NCBI GenBank assembly: GCA_047495785.1
Contig: JBLDXI010000018.1
Span: 186,001-250,000 of the forward strand
DNA: 64,000 nt
Source: Lepidodermella squamata
Lineage: Eukaryota > Animalia > Gastrotricha
Direction of reading: 5' to 3'
The position numbers and the translations under genes were made by a program. The notes beneath the pieces were generated by a model. That model ran no database searches, was not told where the DNA came from, and saw nothing but the letters and a program-made list of their open reading frames with translations. This document shows positions 59,271-64,000 of the stretch, in pieces (position 1 is the stretch's first letter; the number at the start of each line of letters is the position of its first letter).

Positions 59271-62200
59271 ATGACTAAGACATATCGCGCAGTAGCTGAT
59301 AACTATGAAGTATTGCCGATGGATGTTGAGGAAGATAAGGTGAGCATTTACAAATATTTTACTTGACTTGCGTTCAAACAAAAATATTACCGAGCAGATG
59401 TCACCTGAGACAGAAGATGCAGATGATAATTCATCATCAGTGCCTGTTGGATTTGATGACGAACTCGACGACGCTGACGTTGAGGAGTTAATGTTGAGGA
59501 AACAGCTGTTGCTATCAGCATTAAACCAATGCGAAGATGACGTCGTTGATCTCGATCAAGTTCCGTCTATCGAAGAGAAAGATGACGAGGAAAACGCTCT
59601 GCGAGAAGCGCTACTCAGCTCGCTGGCTCGACCCGATGTCGAAGAAGCCGAGATTCAAACTTCAGTAATTGATGCTTCTCTAAAGTCTGATCTTCGAGCT
59701 GCTTTACTAGGTTCAGACTCGTTAGGGGCAGAGGATGCGAAACAGAGATTAAACCCTGTGCCTGAAAAGTCTCAACGTGTCATCCGATCAACAAAAGTTG
59801 CCATGACGCTACAAGAAATCGCGTCAATGACCAAGTATGCTCCTAGAATCGCCCCGGTCATCATCCCAGTCGACCCAGAATCAGACAGCGATTACGAAGA
59901 ACCGAAATCTGTAGAACCTCTCACAAAAAAGCCAAAGTTGATCGAAGTTACTGTTGAAAAGAAGCAGGTCAATCATACTTTGCTTGCTAACCATAAAAAC
60001 CTCAGTGCTGTCAGACGTATTATCGCAGTGAAGCAGGCAGATTGCGCTCGAGCCGAGCAGTTGGTCGAGCATTTCAAGCAGAAGCTTAAAAATGCTGAAA
60101 TGATTCTTGACCTAAATCGAAAGCAATTGAAGCTATATCGTGACCAAGAAACGCAAATGATTGAAAAGCTGACATCTCAGCCGCCTAAATCAGTATCACC
60201 AGTGCAGCCGAAAGCCATTCAGCCTCCGCAGCCGCAGCCGGTCAAAACTGTTTTGCCTAGGATTTCACCAGAAGTTCGGCCTAGTTCTGGGCTGAAAAAG
60301 CCGACGATTTTCTTCACCCATGGCACGTGGATGAATTTTGACGAATTTATTCTCGATTTCCACTTGACAGCTCTTCGATCATTGCGGAAACGCTCTGATT
60401 CGCCGAATTCGGAGGCTGGCAATCAAAGCAACGAAAAATCAGCGATTTCTCTACGTTGGCTGCTGTTGACGAACGACAAAGCTCCATCGCTGGACTTCTT
60501 ACGCTCGCTGCTTTTCACGAATTACTTACATGCGATAACTTGCCCATATGAGCTGTCAGGCACCTGTGAAGACAAGAAATGCCCTTATGACCACTCATCG
60601 CTGGGTTGTGATTGGATTCTTCTGAGATTGGTTGCCCTTTGCCCGCAAGCCCTCGGCTTATCAGAGGCTGAGTTGAACGATAAAAACCTGGTAAAAACTC
60701 GAATTCAAAGCGTGTTATCAAAGTTCACAAGCCAAAACGGGAAAACTAAGCGGAAGACAAACAACGAAACTGAATTGGTTCATTTTGTATGGACCATGGT
60801 GAGAAACGCGTTGTTGCAGGAGGTGAAAACAAAAAATGGCGACGTTTGCCTTTCTGCTCGAGTTTCAGCCGTTGCTTCGTCTAACAAAGATGAGGTTTCG
60901 ATTTTGTCTGATCAAGACGTGAACGGGGTGGTTTCGAGTCTCACTTCCTCAGTATTTTCGAAAAAAGACCAGCCTTCATCGAAAAGGTAGATTTTTTGTA
61001 ATATATCTGAATATTAATGACAATTTTCAATCTAGAAAATTCGTGAAATCTGGCGTTTCAATGCGGTTGAAAACTCTTTTTCAAGTGTTGAAATGCCGAC
61101 CCGATTTTTCTCTCCAGATGGCTATTCAAGCTGTTCTCGGCGAATTCACGTCATCTCGCGATCAAATCGAAGCTGCTGATGTGCTGATTGCAAACCCATC
61201 GCAACTCCTACCTCCGACTTGGGTCAACAATCAACGTTCAAGTAGCCGTATCATCCTAACCTGCGCAATTTTCAAACTCAATTTGATATGCCTGACCTCA
61301 TCGAACCCGAATTTCGATTCGATTTTGCCGGAGGAAGCCGAAAAAGCGATGTCATGTGAAGATATTGCCTACTACAAAATGGTGCTCATCCACGCTTGGT
61401 GCTTTCAAACTGTCCCAGCCGATTTTCTGAACGCGATTTTCGGCTTTGGCAAATCAGCCTCGTCGAAATACTGCCTGTTCACTACTAATTTCTGGCACGA
61501 GAATTGCCGAATCGACGATATTTCGCCGCAAGTCGAAAAAGTCCTGACTTCCTGCGTTTCAGCGTGTTCAACCCTTCAAAAGCAATGCCATGGAAATTTC
61601 ACGTTGGAACAGGGCCAAATCGTGTTTTCGGTCCTCAGCCAAGCTGTTACGTACCGAATGTGGAAGCTGATTCGGGATTCGTGGCCCTTGGACGCGACAA
61701 GTCAGGCGAAAATTCGCAAATTGGGCGAGAAATTCTACGCGAAACTCGCGAGTGATTTCCCGAAATTCGCCACTGGTTTGACGCTAGTTGTGGCGAGGTT
61801 ATTCGCCCAATTTTTATCGACGAATATCGCGATTGATTTTCTATCGAATTCCACGGCGATCTCCGACCAGCTGCGCCTATTGCCATCCGTCATCTATGCA
61901 GATTTGTTGATTCGTCTTTCAACAGATGCCGGCAACGTGCATTTGCCGAGCGGGTCAGAGATTGCGGTGATTTCGCGCCAGTTTTCAGCCCAGGACGGTC
62001 TCGGGTCGATTGGCATCAATGAACATTTTTTCCTGTCGCTACTTCGCGTGTTTTGCTGCGAGGAGCAGGCGAAATCACCGTGGGATGAACTGCACGTTTT
62101 TACGAAATCGCTGTTCTGCACTGGAATTACTGAAAAGCTGATCGTTACATCGAGGTAATGGACAAATTAATTTAAAATTTTGATAATTTAGTTCGTTTTT

Positions 62201-62936
62201 CGATGGATTTGAACAATTTTCTGTTTGTTCATATTTTGGGTTGTGAGGCGACAGTGGGAAAGACGATTTCTTATTTTTTTCCCAATTTTTTTCCATTTTT
62301 CTTGTGAAACCGTGATTTTTGGAAACCTAAAATATCACTGTAATTTTGGACGTTACTGGAAATTCTGATTTTGATGTGATATAAATCGGAAATTTCGCTT
62401 TGCAACTGGGATTTGACCAACTTTGAAAGAGTTGAACATTTAATTACTTTTCGATTTTTTCCAGCTTCGCGGTTAAATTGGCGTTGTCTTACGACGATGT
62501 GGACGATAATTTTGCGTGGAAACTGGTCACTCCGTACTTCACCCAACTTTCGCGAGACGTGTTAACCAGCCAGCAACAGCGTTGCCAACTGGTTGCCCAC
62601 TCAATTTGCCGCGAACTGATCAGCTCAAAGGAACATTCCTCAGTATTCGCCCTGGCCGAGAAGGCGCTCGACTCAACCTCGCTCAACAACGAGTTTTTAC
62701 TCGACAGGTCTATTTAGTGTGCATCATCGATATTTTCAGGCGATTTCGCTAACTACAGATTGGTTGATCTGGCGCTGCGCGGCCCTCAGAAGCCCGATCT
62801 GACGTACCTGGCCGGCCTGGCGTGTCGGATTTCGTGCGAGCTGCAGCTGCGGCCGAGGAGACCGCGTTGCTTCAACACGCTGCCGTGCCAAGGCGCGGTC
62901 GTCCGGTGTGTTCAGCGTTGCATATCCCCTATCTAA
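59271..62936 (+). CDS. ZFC3H1: ZFC3H1/Red1-like zinc-finger protein (~1065 aa)
   Basis: Exons 59271-59339, 59398-60986, 61036-62154, 62465-62707, 62759-62936. Repeated LRxxLL helices, a coiled coil, the zinc finger CPYELSGTCEDKKCPYDH and a helical C-terminus. The first and last exons are less certain. Confidence 0.6.
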
Positions 62937-64000
62937 GCATTAATCGCTAGTTTTTGTTTGTTTTTCCCCTCATTTTTTCGGCCGAAAAGACTCATCAGCG
63001 TGCTGGCTGCTCCGAACGCATCGAATTCGTCGCCGCAAACGCGAGCCGTTGTGATACATTCGGTTCTTGATTTGTTTTACGACCTTCATCCCCCTTGACT
63101 CTCGAATAACCCCACTTTTTTGACCCGCAAAACAGGCATTCAGACTCACGTCCTACTGCTTGGTGCAGCACCCGTTCGACCTGAGACTCTGGAAATTGGT
63201 TTGTCTTATTTGTGCGTGTTTTTTCGTAATTTCTCGGCGATTTTCTGTGAGCAGCTATTCGCGAGCCAGCGATCCCTGACAGCCAAGTTCGAACCCCTGC
63301 GGATGTATTGCCGTTTGCTTAGCCATTTGGGCCTCACTGCACCGGTGTGAGATGCTTCTCTGTGTTACCCGTGCCCCAAATAGATTGATTGATGAAACAC
63401 ATGAAACACCCCTGTCGAACTGTGTTGAAACTTTACTCGCACTGTAAAAAGGAACAGAAGAATCTTGAATATTTTCTAACCCGGAGAAAGGTAAGTTCAG
63501 TTGCTGCTTTAAACTCAGAACCGATGAATTGCAACGAACCGGCAAAGTTCGAAGTTTTGTTGATGTTTCGCTGCTTCCGCGTTTGTGTTTATAAAAAAGA
63601 GAGGAAAAAAGAAAAGTTGCCTTGTAATTATCATATCAAAACTAACTGCTACCGTTGTTTATGCGTCTGTTAACCTTTCTTGCTGCTTATATACAAACTA
63701 AACTAGTTTTTTCGAATTGAATACAAGTGATTAAATAATGATGAATTGAACTTTATAAGCAAAGAATATCAATAAAAAACGGAAATGAAAATAAGGGTGA
63801 CTTGTTGGCATTGCGAGAGTTGATGATCGTTCTGAGCTGAAGAATTCCAGTGAACAAGTGGAAAAATGTGGGAAATATCTGCATGAATCCTTTCAGCCAG
63901 TAGAAAATTGAGTTGAATTCTCCAACGAATACTCGGCAGTACATGATAATCTTGCTATGATCCCTGTTTTATGCTCACTCCTCACTACTGTTCCAGCCGA

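Noticed and set aside
59263-59278. 16-bp palindrome ttagtcatatgactaa over the ZFC3H1-like start
   Set aside because: A single short AT-rich palindrome with no other support; chance is plausible.
1-64000. CRISPR arrays, rRNA or prokaryotic defence systems
   Set aside because: No repeat-spacer array or rRNA is seen, and the window is spliceosomal eukaryotic DNA.

Overview
Eukaryotic, gene-dense animal genomic DNA with the standard genetic code, GT-AG introns (many only about 50-60 nt) and no visible CpG depletion. Motile-cilium genes are present. The taxon cannot be fixed from the sequence; an invertebrate is likely. I reconstructed 17 protein-coding genes by hand and checked exon phases. In order: NEK8/9-like RCC1 kinase with an N-terminal DUF4347-like domain (3' end probably off the left edge), two tandem intronless BCAT genes, SMG5-like, GIT ArfGAP, a divergent USP-fold protein, two tandem TAK1/MAP3K7 genes, SWSAP1-like, V-ATPase subunit H, DNAJB13, RABL2, a secreted Diedel-like peptide, two tandem SUV39/G9a-type SET genes, a stand-alone ~734-aa dynein-stalk gene, REC8 and ZFC3H1-like. 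There is also a six-tRNA cluster, and hAT, MULE, MITE, gag-like and OTU relics, mostly in introns. Four observations stand out. (1) An intact motor-less 'mini-dynein' gene. (2) Co-directional gene runs with 130-410 bp gaps and an apparently unpaired splice acceptor just upstream of almost every ATG, suggesting operons resolved by SL trans-splicing. (3) SET paralogues with no chromodomain, a changed NHSC motif and SIM-like tails. (4) A USP-fold protein with Ala at the catalytic Cys position. All family calls come from motif recognition by eye; no database searches were run.
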